Positions 7,864 to 16,398 of a DNA stretch of 64,000 nucleotides are shown one piece after another. The notes under the pieces are model-generated. The model was given only the letters and a program-made list of their open reading frames with translations, did not search any database and was not told where the DNA came from. The translations under genes and the position numbers were made by a program. Source of the stretch: Thermoleophilia bacterium (GTDB taxonomy: Bacteria > Actinomycetota > Thermoleophilia > RBG-16-64-13); NCBI GenBank assembly GCA_026415615.1, contig JAOAGT010000002.1:448545-512544 (forward strand), read 5' to 3'. How positions within the stretch are numbered: position 1 is the first letter of the stretch; every line of letters begins with the position of its first letter.

Positions 7864-9591
7864 ATGGGAACAGGGCGCATTCCCCCTCCATATCTCCCTA
7901 AAGACCACTGGGAATACAACCTTTACGAATATCACAAGGGGCTCCCCGACAAGAGTCACTACGAGTTCATCGCTAACACACCCGGGGTCAAGACGGCCGA
8001 ATATTGGAAGGAATGGTGCCAGGCCATTTTCTACGCTGGCACTACCCTTTGCATGTGGAACGCACTCCCCGAGGTTAAAGCGGCCTTTCTGTCACTGTGC
8101 TCGTTTGAGCCAGGCATGAAGGTATTTCTGGTGGGCAAGTATTTGTGGGAAAGCGGTCTAGCGGACGCGGTTCGCTCCCTTGTCGGAGATTCGGGAACTC
8201 TCGGCATCCTTGACATGACTGATCAAGTTCTCGAGACTGTGCGTGAGCTGGGTCCGCGGCGGACGGTTCAGTATGAGGCTGCGGGGGCTACTGGCAGCCG
8301 GGCGGCTAGGCCGTTAGTTTGGCCCTTGACGTGTTTTGACGGACTACCAGAAGGAAGCCTAGACAGAGTGGTTTTCTTCAATGGCGGCGCGCATGTAGCT
8401 AATTGGGAGCATGTGGCGTCAGAGATAAGCCGCGTTCTTGGGGAGCACGGACGACTGGTGATGGCGGAAGCTCCTCTGGGCGGTAGGGAGTTTGAGAATG
8501 CTTTGCATCTCGATTCCCATTATGAGTCTTTCATTCTCAGGGTACTTTCCGGCCTAGGTCTGTCGGAGAATGAGCTTCCGTATGTGGACCCTCGGGGTCT
8601 AAGCGAGCTTCTGCGGCCGCATTTTGCGTGGACCAGGTGGTGGTCACACCGGGGCATTCTCCTGTTGTACGGAGCCAAGGGGAAGCACGGTCACGAGATT
8701 GCCGTGCCTGGGCCGGCAGCTTCACTTCCCTGTTCAGACGAGGCAAGGGGTCCAGTGAGCGCATTTCTCGCCGTCAAACCGGTGACCAGCAGCTGGGAGC
8801 TAATGACTGAGCGGGAAAGAGAGATCTGGGGTGAGACTGTCGAGGATATTCTCACCCCTCACATGGGGAAATGCGTCACCTGGGGAGGGGGATCTCTTTG
8901 CTGGAATTACCGCAACCAGCGGGAGATCACGGACATCATGTGGAGCAACCTCGCCGCAAAGCCCGGAGACAAAGTAATGGTGATCGGGGAGTTTCTGCAC
9001 GACCTGGGCACCCTTGAGGAAGTCAAGAGGCGAGTGGGACCTACCGGCCAGGTTTTCCCTGTTGATATAACTGCTTCGCCTTGCTCTTATGATTACAAAG
9101 GTTGGCAGGCTAAGCGTAAAGCCTACATGGATCTAGGTTCACCTGAGGAGTGGCCCTACGATTTTGCGGATGACTTTCCGGACGAGTTTTTCGACGTGCT
9201 GTTCCTGCCTCAAGGTGTACACCACTGCAACAACTGGCTTAGGGACGCTCCCAGACTTCTGCGCGCAGTCAAAGTTGGCGGGCAGGTCATGGCGATCGAG
9301 TGTGGAATCAACCGTCCGGAGATGGCGCTAGCCAGAGATTTAAGTGCTCTTGTGCAGGTGGTGGGCGACCGGGTGTTTCGCATCGCGCTGCCTGAATGGC
9401 TCGTGGGGCCGTTGAGCCCCGAAGGGCCTCTCCCAGCAGGTACTGGCTATGGCCACGAGGGTCGCCCGTACCATGATGTGCCGACGGCGCATCTTCGCGA
9501 GGCCTTTGGCGCGGGGCTTACGGACGTTTGCAGTTTGGAGTACAAGGGCTGGATCCTCTTCTGGGGGTATAAGGCGCCGCGGACTGTCTAA
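7864..9591 (+). CDS. hypothetical protein with two tandem degenerate class-I methyltransferase-like (Rossmann) domains; paralog A
   Basis: 575 aa with GAGGAG ribosome-binding site. N-domain: FLVGKYLWESGL (motif-I position but no GxGxG), LGILDMTDQVLETV, GSLDRVVFFNGGAHVANWEHVASEISRVLGEHGRLVMAE (post-II/III-like). C-domain: KVMVIGEFLHDLGTL...VFPVDIT...VKVGGQVMAIE. Clear paralog of 29360..30883. Confidence 0.7.
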   Translation: MGTGRIPPPYLPKDHWEYNLYEYHKGLPDKSHYEFIANTPGVKTAEYWKEWCQAIFYAGTTLCMWNALPEVKAAFLSLCSFEPGMKVFLVGKYLWESGLADAVRSLVGDSGTLGILDMTDQVLETVRELGPRRTVQYEAAGATGSRAARPLVWPLTCFDGLPEGSLDRVVFFNGGAHVANWEHVASEISRVLGEHGRLVMAEAPLGGREFENALHLDSHYESFILRVLSGLGLSENELPYVDPRGLSELLRPHFAWTRWWSHRGILLLYGAKGKHGHEIAVPGPAASLPCSDEARGPVSAFLAVKPVTSSWELMTEREREIWGETVEDILTPHMGKCVTWGGGSLCWNYRNQREITDIMWSNLAAKPGDKVMVIGEFLHDLGTLEEVKRRVGPTGQVFPVDITASPCSYDYKGWQAKRKAYMDLGSPEEWPYDFADDFPDEFFDVLFLPQGVHHCNNWLRDAPRLLRAVKVGGQVMAIECGINRPEMALARDLSALVQVVGDRVFRIALPEWLVGPLSPEGPLPAGTGYGHEGRPYHDVPTAHLREAFGAGLTDVCSLEYKGWILFWGYKAPRTV

Positions 9592-9602
9592 TTGCAGCAA
9601 AG

Positions 9603-9653
9603 AGCTGAGCGCCCCGCTCGCCCGTCGGATCCGGGGCGAGCGGGGCGCTCAGC
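9603..9653. terminator. bidirectional GC-rich palindromic terminator between convergent genes
   Basis: Perfect 22-bp inverted repeat AGCTGAGCGCCCCGCTCGCCCG / CGGGGCGAGCGGGGCGCTCAGCT around a TCGGATC loop. No strong U-tract. Confidence 0.5.
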
Positions 9654-9743
9654 TGTCTCAGAGCTCAAGCTCTCCCGAGGCTTGTCCTAGCTCGGCAATG
9701 AGTTGCGGGCTAGAAAACTCGCTATATGGTTACTTTCCAATAA

Positions 9744-11111
9744 TCACTGCCCCGGCCACGGTGGCTTCGGGTAAATGGGTTTAGCTGTCCGCTTTGGCCC
9801 TGGGTCTATTACCTCGATCACCCCGTTTTGCCACTGGCCGATGAAGCCAGCGTAACAATCGCGGGCAAGAAGCTGGTTCTCAAACCAAGTATCTCCCAGC
9901 ACAGTCTGGAAATGCTCAGTCTTTAGGACCTCAGCCACTTTCTTGTTGTCCAAAGTGCCGGCCTTTTCGATAGCTTGCTTCAACATGTCAAGCGCAGCCA
10001 CAAAGTAGGCATAGCCGTAGTAGTTCATGTTGGCTTCGGTTCCGACTCTTTGCAGCAGCTTGTCGTGGAGTTGAGCAAGAGCAGGTGAGCTATGCACGCT
10101 CCAGACTCCATAGCCGCAGACCCCCTCCACCACTTTGTAGCCTTGTTCTGGTCCTTTGTCGCCTCCCATGGCAAACGGGAAAGCGCCAAAGGTTGCTCCG
10201 GGGCCCATTACCAGCATGCGCGGGTTATAGCCCAGTTGCATCATCTGGGCCACCATCGGGAAGTTCTGATCTGGGTAGCAGGGTACGAAGAAGCAGTCAG
10301 GATCAGCCTGCTGCACCTTTCGTAGTATCTGAGTGAAGTCTGCGGTGTTGGCAGGAATTGCCTCGTCATAAAGCAGCTTGATTCCCGCGTTCTTGGCCTC
10401 CTGGCGCATAACCTCGGAGTACTCTAGCCCGTGGAGGTCATCGAGATACACCATAGCTACGCTCTTAACTCCCACTTCCTTGAATATATCGATGAGGGTT
10501 GGGATGTCGTAGTGATTTGAATAGCTGAGCAAGCCAAAGAACATCGGCAAGTCGGGCAGCACCTCTTCAATGCTCTTGGCCCCTGCTTCCCCCGAGATGA
10601 GCAGATAACCGTGGGAGTTCGCCACATTCGCGGCTGCGAAGACAAATGCTGTACTTGCGGGAGAAAGGATGAAGTCCACCTTGTCCTCGACCATAAGCTT
10701 CTCAAGGAGCCGCATGCAGGTGTCCATATCGCTCTGGTCGTCGTAGACTTTCATCTCGATGGGGAGTTTCTTGCCATACTCAGCTACGTAAATGCCGCCT
10801 TCGGCATTGACCTCTTCTACCCACATCTTATAGATGACACCCAAAGCATTTTGCTCGAAGAAGCTTAGTGGTCCAGAGATGGGACGGGCGGCTCCGATGA
10901 CTATCTTGTCTTTTCCGCCCAGAGTGGTGGCAGTAGAAGTTTCTGTACTAGGAGCAGCAGTAGTCGTAGGTCCGGATGTGGTCGAAGGTCCGGCAGTTGT
11001 GCTGGGTGCTGCCGTTGTAGTTGTCTCCTTCTCGCCACAAGCAGCAACCAGCAAGGCGACCGCGGCGAGTATGCATACAACGGCCAGAATTCGTAAGTGT
11101 TTAGATCTCAT
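9744..11111 (-). CDS. ABC transporter substrate-binding lipoprotein, branched-chain amino acid (LivK/Leu-Ile-Val-binding) family fold
   Basis: Signal peptide plus lipobox LVAACGEKE. Long TTTAAPSTTAGPSTTSGPTTTAAPSTETSTATT linker. Type-I periplasmic-binding fold motifs (KIVIGAARPISGP..., FIGQW). No permease or ATPase adjacent. Confidence 0.8.
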   Translation of the reverse strand: MRSKHLRILAVVCILAAVALLVAACGEKETTTTAAPSTTAGPSTTSGPTTTAAPSTETSTATTLGGKDKIVIGAARPISGPLSFFEQNALGVIYKMWVEEVNAEGGIYVAEYGKKLPIEMKVYDDQSDMDTCMRLLEKLMVEDKVDFILSPASTAFVFAAANVANSHGYLLISGEAGAKSIEEVLPDLPMFFGLLSYSNHYDIPTLIDIFKEVGVKSVAMVYLDDLHGLEYSEVMRQEAKNAGIKLLYDEAIPANTADFTQILRKVQQADPDCFFVPCYPDQNFPMVAQMMQLGYNPRMLVMGPGATFGAFPFAMGGDKGPEQGYKVVEGVCGYGVWSVHSSPALAQLHDKLLQRVGTEANMNYYGYAYFVAALDMLKQAIEKAGTLDNKKVAEVLKTEHFQTVLGDTWFENQLLARDCYAGFIGQWQNGVIEVIDPGPKRTAKPIYPKPPWPGQ

Positions 11112-11284
11112 TTTTTATTCATCCCCCTCTCTTGCCTGTGCTGTCAGGAACGCACACGTTGCAGAATACAAACGCTAAACCGGATAAGCAATGCCTAGGG
11201 GCTACCGTGACCTGATGAGCAGGTGCTGATCCCCAGCACTGAAAAACCCCGCCCAGGCTTTTCTAAAGGTTAAATGGTGCGACG

Positions 11285-12025
11285 CTAATACTTGTCTGGA
11301 GCCGCACCGGGGGCCACACCGGGAGGAGGCGTCTGTATCGGTCTGCCGGTAACCGGATGAGAGCAGTGAAAAGGCAGAACCTCGTGCTCTGGCCAGCGGA
11401 GCGGCATTTGGTCGGCTAGTTCATCCGGACCATAAGGATCCTCGGGGTATGTGGTAGTGAGCAACGGTACAAAGTTAGGCGGCGCGAAAGCCCATCCATT
11501 CTCAAAAGTGCTAAACCATACCGGCCGATAGTCAAGCTTCTTGATCCGCCAGATGCCGTCGCGCTTGACGTAGACATTTTCATAGAGCGCCCCTTCCCAC
11601 CACTGTCGCGAGATGGTGGTGGGAGAGGGGTTGCGTTCGTAATGAGTGCCCGCCTGCATCAGAAGACGAAACCGGCCCCACGCTGTCTGCCGGTCGGGGG
11701 CGACGTCGATGACGTCCTGCATCATGGGGTGGTCAAGCAAGAAGCCGAACACAGGGCCATTCTTGCCGTTGGTGAACTGCTCGCGAAATCGCCCGCAGTA
11801 GAGACGGCGCGCACCTTCCTTGCCTCGGTAAATACCGCCGAAAAAATGAACTTCGCAATCGTCGTCGTAGCAATCCACGGCCTCGTCGTACATGCATTTG
11901 TCGATGAAGTAGCCGTAGAGATGCTGAAGCCGGCGAATTGCTTGTATGTCCTCAACCACCCCCAGGCGGTATTCGAGTTCTCTTACTCGCTCGCTAAGCT
12001 TCTCAAGCTCTGCAACCGGATCCAT
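11285..12025 (-). CDS. NTF2-like/SnoaL-like fold protein
   Basis: 246 aa, Trp/Tyr-rich, with a pattern typical of SnoaL-like polyketide cyclase/NTF2 superfamily proteins. Operonic with the cupin genes. Confidence 0.5.
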   Translation of the reverse strand: MDPVAELEKLSERVRELEYRLGVVEDIQAIRRLQHLYGYFIDKCMYDEAVDCYDDDCEVHFFGGIYRGKEGARRLYCGRFREQFTNGKNGPVFGFLLDHPMMQDVIDVAPDRQTAWGRFRLLMQAGTHYERNPSPTTISRQWWEGALYENVYVKRDGIWRIKKLDYRPVWFSTFENGWAFAPPNFVPLLTTTYPEDPYGPDELADQMPLRWPEHEVLPFHCSHPVTGRPIQTPPPGVAPGAAPDKY

Positions 12026-12066
12026 CTCGGCCCCCCCACCATTTGACTAGCTTGCTCCTCGATACT

Positions 12067-13092
12067 TCAGCTTGCTCCCCGGTACTTCTCAACACCCACC
12101 CCAATAGGCTGGGACATCAAAAAGAAAACTTGCTTTCTTATGTCTCTGATGATCAAAGGTCCCTGACTTACGTTTGGGGGGATATAGGCGAAGAAACTCT
12201 TGGTAATCACGTGCTTCTCGCCCCCAATCCAGAGCTCGACCTCAGCGCAAAGGTCCGTGATGTCCTCGTAGTTAAGACCCAGCATAGCCAGGGAGGTGCC
12301 GTGAGGAACGGCGTGCTCGTCCATGATCACCAACTCCGCCCTTGTCTCTTTGGTGGGCAGATACCATCTGGTGTCACAGCCAAACTCAGCATCAGGGATC
12401 ACGGTCTCGTCAATATAAGCAGCAGGACGAACGTATTCGGGGTCAAGGGGACGCATGTATTCTGGGCGCTTCACATCCGGAGGCGTGCCGAATACTACAT
12501 ACCGGGCGTATTTGGACTCGGCAGGGTCCACGTGTCTGGCCACTGGCGGCTCTTTCTGTTCCTCCTCTGCCTGTTTGGTTTTTTCGTCTTTCTCCCGTGT
12601 GTAGACCCCGCCTGGCCCCGAAGTCCAATGCACGGTCGGGCGGGAGAAATGATGGCCGGTCACCCCTCCTGAGAACACTGGCATATGAGGGAGCCCGGCT
12701 GGTACGTAGGCTACCCAACTGCTTGGGAGGGGAATAATTTCGTCACCCATCTGAATGGCTGTGGGGTCGGTTTTGCTCGGGTCGTCTGGATCGGTTCCCC
12801 ACCAAGAAAGCAGTTCGGGAAAGTCATGGACATGCGGAAACATGGTGGGTGTCTGGTAGCCCAGCTTGGCCAGGTCTTCCCAGGTTACCTGATTGGGATA
12901 GTCAGGAGGCCAAATCCAGGTGGTTTCCCCATAGTAGGCGCCAGGGATCACGTCGTGGTCGATCCAGTGGACATGCTCCATGCTAATCCGCTTCCCTTGG
13001 GCAGCCAGTTGACGCCTCTGCTCTGGGGTGGGGCCGGGCAAGAGGTGCTGCTTCTGCAATGTGGTGCAAATGTACTTGTCAAACTGACCCAT
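12067..13092 (-). CDS. bicupin-like protein of an HxH...E cupin-like family (two tandem domains)
   Basis: Domain 1 FPHVHDFPELLSWWGTDPDDP...GDEIIPLP...VPAGLPHMPV. Domain 2 EHAVPHGTS...LGLNYEDITDLCAEVELWIGGEKHV...IPPNVSQGPL. Both align with the 13137 and 33431 proteins. AAGGGAGGG ribosome-binding site. Confidence 0.6.
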   Translation of the reverse strand: MGQFDKYICTTLQKQHLLPGPTPEQRRQLAAQGKRISMEHVHWIDHDVIPGAYYGETTWIWPPDYPNQVTWEDLAKLGYQTPTMFPHVHDFPELLSWWGTDPDDPSKTDPTAIQMGDEIIPLPSSWVAYVPAGLPHMPVFSGGVTGHHFSRPTVHWTSGPGGVYTREKDEKTKQAEEEQKEPPVARHVDPAESKYARYVVFGTPPDVKRPEYMRPLDPEYVRPAAYIDETVIPDAEFGCDTRWYLPTKETRAELVIMDEHAVPHGTSLAMLGLNYEDITDLCAEVELWIGGEKHVITKSFFAYIPPNVSQGPLIIRDIRKQVFFLMSQPIGVGVEKYRGAS

Positions 13093-13136
13093 GGCCTTGT
13101 GCCCTCCCTTGACGTGTATCGCGCAGAACGCGCCGC

Positions 13137-13646
13137 CTATGATGTCCCTTTCCCGTAGGGGATTGTTTCAAAATTCATAACCTTGTGGGGATCGAAGTCC
13201 TTGTCTTGCTCAAAATACGGCTCTCTAGTTCCCTCCGGGCCAGCAAGCATGATCTCAACCTGAATTATGGGCTTGTCCACGCGAGTGACTTCTAACGGGC
13301 AGTGGGGAAGGCCAGGTGGGAGATGGACTAGCGTGGGCCGAGTGAATACGTGTTTTTCCATCTCGGGCCCAAAGTGGAGTACTACCTCAGCCTCAAATTC
13401 ATCGGGGTCTTCGGGATTTCCGCTGTACCAGGCCAGGAACTCGTGAAAATTGTGCGTGTGGCAGGGATTATCTCCTCGAAACGGCTTTCGCACAAACTGC
13501 AGGCCCATAGTAAGGGGAAACCCGAGCTGCTGGTGGCCGATCATAAGACCATCGAAGACTACCGTCCCATCTGACTTCATGCTGAGGCGCAAATGGGGCG
13601 GATGATGAATATATTGGTCATACTTTCCGCTCATGCTCGTCTCCAT
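13137..13646 (-). CDS. single-domain cupin-like protein of the same HxH...E family
   Basis: CHTHNFHEFLAWYSGNPEDPDEFEAEVVLHFG...LPPGLPHCPL...IMLAGP. Possible start at the second Met (13634). Confidence 0.6.
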   Translation of the reverse strand: METSMSGKYDQYIHHPPHLRLSMKSDGTVVFDGLMIGHQQLGFPLTMGLQFVRKPFRGDNPCHTHNFHEFLAWYSGNPEDPDEFEAEVVLHFGPEMEKHVFTRPTLVHLPPGLPHCPLEVTRVDKPIIQVEIMLAGPEGTREPYFEQDKDFDPHKVMNFETIPYGKGTS

Positions 13647-13649
13647 TGG

Positions 13650-14447
13650 TTACATTACCGATCCGCCTGAGACATGGAACACCTGTCCAGTCACATAGCT
13701 TGTAATGTCCGAGGCGAGGATCGCAATAGCATTTGCCATATCCCGCGCAGTGCCAAACCGGCCAAGCGGAAACTCACCCATGATGGCTGCCTGTCTTCTT
13801 TTCATCTCCTCTGGGGAAATGTTGGGGTCGGGCTCTCTTAGAATGGCTCCGAAGTTAGTGGGCACAGGACCGGGTGCCACACAGTTAACCCGAATTCCGT
13901 TTTTTCCTTCTACATACGCCAACTGCTTGGTGAACAAGTCGACGGCGTATTTGGAGATGGCGTACATACCCACCCCCATTTGGTACTGATGCGTGCTTCC
14001 CGAACCCACGTTCACGATGACCCCGTAGCCTCGTTCGCGCATATGAGGGACCACCGCCTGGGTGACGTTCATCGTGCCAATCAGGTTTAACTTAAGCTGC
14101 TTTTCCCAGACTGTAGGATCTTGCTTTTCGATGGGTACGTTGTCCTTGTGCAGGATAGCTCCGGCCACATTGCAGAGGATGTCAATCCGCCCAAATTCTT
14201 CGAGGACTTTCTGGACCATAGCTTTGACGGCCGCATTGTCAGTGATGTCGGCGCTTAGGGCAATACATCTTGGGCCCAAGCTGCGCACGGTTTCTGCGGT
14301 CTTGGCCAGGTTCTCCTCATCAATGTCTGTTACGGCGATGGCCTCGATCCCTTCCTCGGCCAACACCAAGGCCGTCTCTCTCCCTATCCCCACCTGGCTA
14401 GCTGCGCCCGTTACGAGGGCCACTTTGTTCTTGAAACCCAGATCCAT
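13650..14447 (-). CDS. short-chain dehydrogenase/reductase (SDR) family oxidoreductase
   Basis: VALVTGAASQVGIGRETALVLAEEG (TGxxxGxG), NVAGA, catalytic YAISK, PGPV motif. Confidence 0.9.
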   Translation of the reverse strand: MDLGFKNKVALVTGAASQVGIGRETALVLAEEGIEAIAVTDIDEENLAKTAETVRSLGPRCIALSADITDNAAVKAMVQKVLEEFGRIDILCNVAGAILHKDNVPIEKQDPTVWEKQLKLNLIGTMNVTQAVVPHMRERGYGVIVNVGSGSTHQYQMGVGMYAISKYAVDLFTKQLAYVEGKNGIRVNCVAPGPVPTNFGAILREPDPNISPEEMKRRQAAIMGEFPLGRFGTARDMANAIAILASDITSYVTGQVFHVSGGSVM

Positions 14448-14472
14448 GTTCGCGACTCCCTGCTTGTAGTGA

Positions 14473-16320
14473 TTATGGCCACAGCACTTGGGCTATGTCA
14501 TCGAGACCCAGCTCAAGCAGTTTGGCCTTGCTCGGCTTGCCCGTCTTCGTATCCCAGTCCATCTCGACCAGGTACTGATCGTAAATCTCCTCGTGCGTGA
14601 AGGTGATGCCGGCTCGTGGGCCCACGGTCTTGGGCGGTACGCCTCTCATCCTATCGGGGTAGAGGAAAGGCGTCTGGACACCCTCTCTAATGTTGAAGGC
14701 CTGCCTGACGTTGGTGATTCTTTCACCGGTCTTAAGCAGCTCGTCTGCGCTGATGTCCTCCCAGCCGGTCAGGGCTCTCAGAGCTTCGAGCAGTTGGTCC
14801 ACATGTGGATATGCTCCAATCACAAACTGGCAAAGCCCCATGGCGCTTGCTGCGTGCATGAAGTTGGTGCTGATCTTGTGGTAAAGGCCACGGCCGGTAC
14901 GTTGCTCGCGTGGTATATCGGGTATATTCAAGCCTGGTGGGTGTTGCCCGCCTCCCTGATTGTGTCTTCCGGGGGTGGGGTCGCAGCCATAACCAATGGC
15001 AAATCCCCAACCGCCACGAGGGTCGTGACCAGCAATCTCTTGACCGCCAATGTGCATGGCATATTTCTCTGCGCCCCGACCAATCTTCTCGGCCGCGCGC
15101 TTTACGCCGTCGGCGATGATGTCGCCAAAGCCCTCACGCTTGGCCATCTTCTCGACCATTGCCACGATAGCCTTGTGATTGCCCCAGGTCATCTCAAGGC
15201 CGTCTGTGTCCGCCTGAGAAAGCACGCCGTTTTCATAACACTCAATGGTGAAGGCGATGCAAGCACCCGCAGAGATGGTGTCTAGGCCATAACGATTGCA
15301 GATGTCGGCGGCCAGGATGATGGAGTCAAGGTTTGAGTTCAGGAGGTTGCTCCCCAGCATAGCAAGCGTCTCGTACTCGGGTTTATGAGCGCCCTCCTCA
15401 TACTTGTATTCGCCTGTTCCGGCTTTCATTAGGCCCCCGCAGGCAATGGGGCAACGCCAGCAGGCAAAGCGGCGCATCTGCTTTTCTAATACCGCTTGCC
15501 CTCCACAAGCTGCGTAGTCGGGAAGATCGACGGTAACCACACCGGCCCAATTCTTGGCTGGAGCGTCGTCGATTATGCAGCACATCTCGAATATGCCGGG
15601 GGTGCCGGTTTCGTGTAGCTGCTCAGCATGGCCGGTAAGGGCGGCCACGTGCTTTTTTCTGAGCTCTTTCATTAACTCGGGGTTGTAGGCCGGCGGGATG
15701 AGATTGCCCTGGGCCACGATAGCCTTTAGACGCTTGGAGCCCATGACCGCGCCGAGACCTGAACGGGCCGCGGCTCGGCCCTTATTGTTGATTACCCCGC
15801 TAATTAGAGCGAGCTTCTCGCTCGCTGGACCGATGCAGGCTACCTCCAGGTTCTTGCCGTGTTTGGCGCGCAAGATATCTTCAGTTTCTACAGTGTCTTT
15901 CCCCCAAATCTCTGCGGCGTCCAGGAGTTGGGCCTCCCCATTGTGAAGGTAAAGGTAGACCGGTTTCTCGGAAATTCCGGTGAAAAAGACGGCGTCGTAA
16001 CCAGCGAACTTAAGCTGCGGGCCAAAGCTCCCTCCCGAGTTGGCGTCCCCCCATCCTCCGGTGAGAGGAGATTTGCCGACTACTGTGTAGCGGGAGCCGC
16101 CGACTACGTCGGTGCCAGTGGTTATGCCGGTCACAAAACCCAACGTGGCGTCGGGGCCTAGGGGATCTACTCCTGGCTTTTGCCGGTCCCAGAGCACTCG
16201 CGCGCCTAGCCCGTATCCGCCCAGGTATTTGCGGGCGGCCTGTTCGTCGAAAGTATCTACGGTTATCTCGTGGGTTGTAAGATCCACCCAGAGGATTTTC
16301 TCCATAGCTCCAAAAGCCAA
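14473..16320 (-). CDS. aldehyde:ferredoxin oxidoreductase (AOR family, tungsten/molybdopterin-containing)
   Basis: N-terminal AOR domain KILWVDLTTHEI...GGYGLGARVLW...GKSPLTGGWGDANSGGSFG. CWRCPIACGG 4Fe-4S ligand region. 615 aa. Confidence 0.9.
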   Translation of the reverse strand: MAFGAMEKILWVDLTTHEITVDTFDEQAARKYLGGYGLGARVLWDRQKPGVDPLGPDATLGFVTGITTGTDVVGGSRYTVVGKSPLTGGWGDANSGGSFGPQLKFAGYDAVFFTGISEKPVYLYLHNGEAQLLDAAEIWGKDTVETEDILRAKHGKNLEVACIGPASEKLALISGVINNKGRAAARSGLGAVMGSKRLKAIVAQGNLIPPAYNPELMKELRKKHVAALTGHAEQLHETGTPGIFEMCCIIDDAPAKNWAGVVTVDLPDYAACGGQAVLEKQMRRFACWRCPIACGGLMKAGTGEYKYEEGAHKPEYETLAMLGSNLLNSNLDSIILAADICNRYGLDTISAGACIAFTIECYENGVLSQADTDGLEMTWGNHKAIVAMVEKMAKREGFGDIIADGVKRAAEKIGRGAEKYAMHIGGQEIAGHDPRGGWGFAIGYGCDPTPGRHNQGGGQHPPGLNIPDIPREQRTGRGLYHKISTNFMHAASAMGLCQFVIGAYPHVDQLLEALRALTGWEDISADELLKTGERITNVRQAFNIREGVQTPFLYPDRMRGVPPKTVGPRAGITFTHEEIYDQYLVEMDWDTKTGKPSKAKLLELGLDDIAQVLWP

Positions 16321-16398
16321 CGCCTACCTCCTTAGCTCGATGACGCCGTATTTATGACTATGGTCTTTATGACCCACTCAGACATCCGTTTGGCTTAG

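Noticed and set aside
4549-8000. Genomic island integrated at the tRNA-fMet
   Set aside because: No integrase, no duplicated tRNA 3' end and no compositional break are visible downstream. The downstream genes are ordinary cell-envelope genes.
14488-15285. 265 aa plus-strand ORF antisense to the aldehyde:ferredoxin oxidoreductase
   Set aside because: The oxidoreductase has strong family motifs on the minus strand. The antisense ORF has no motif.
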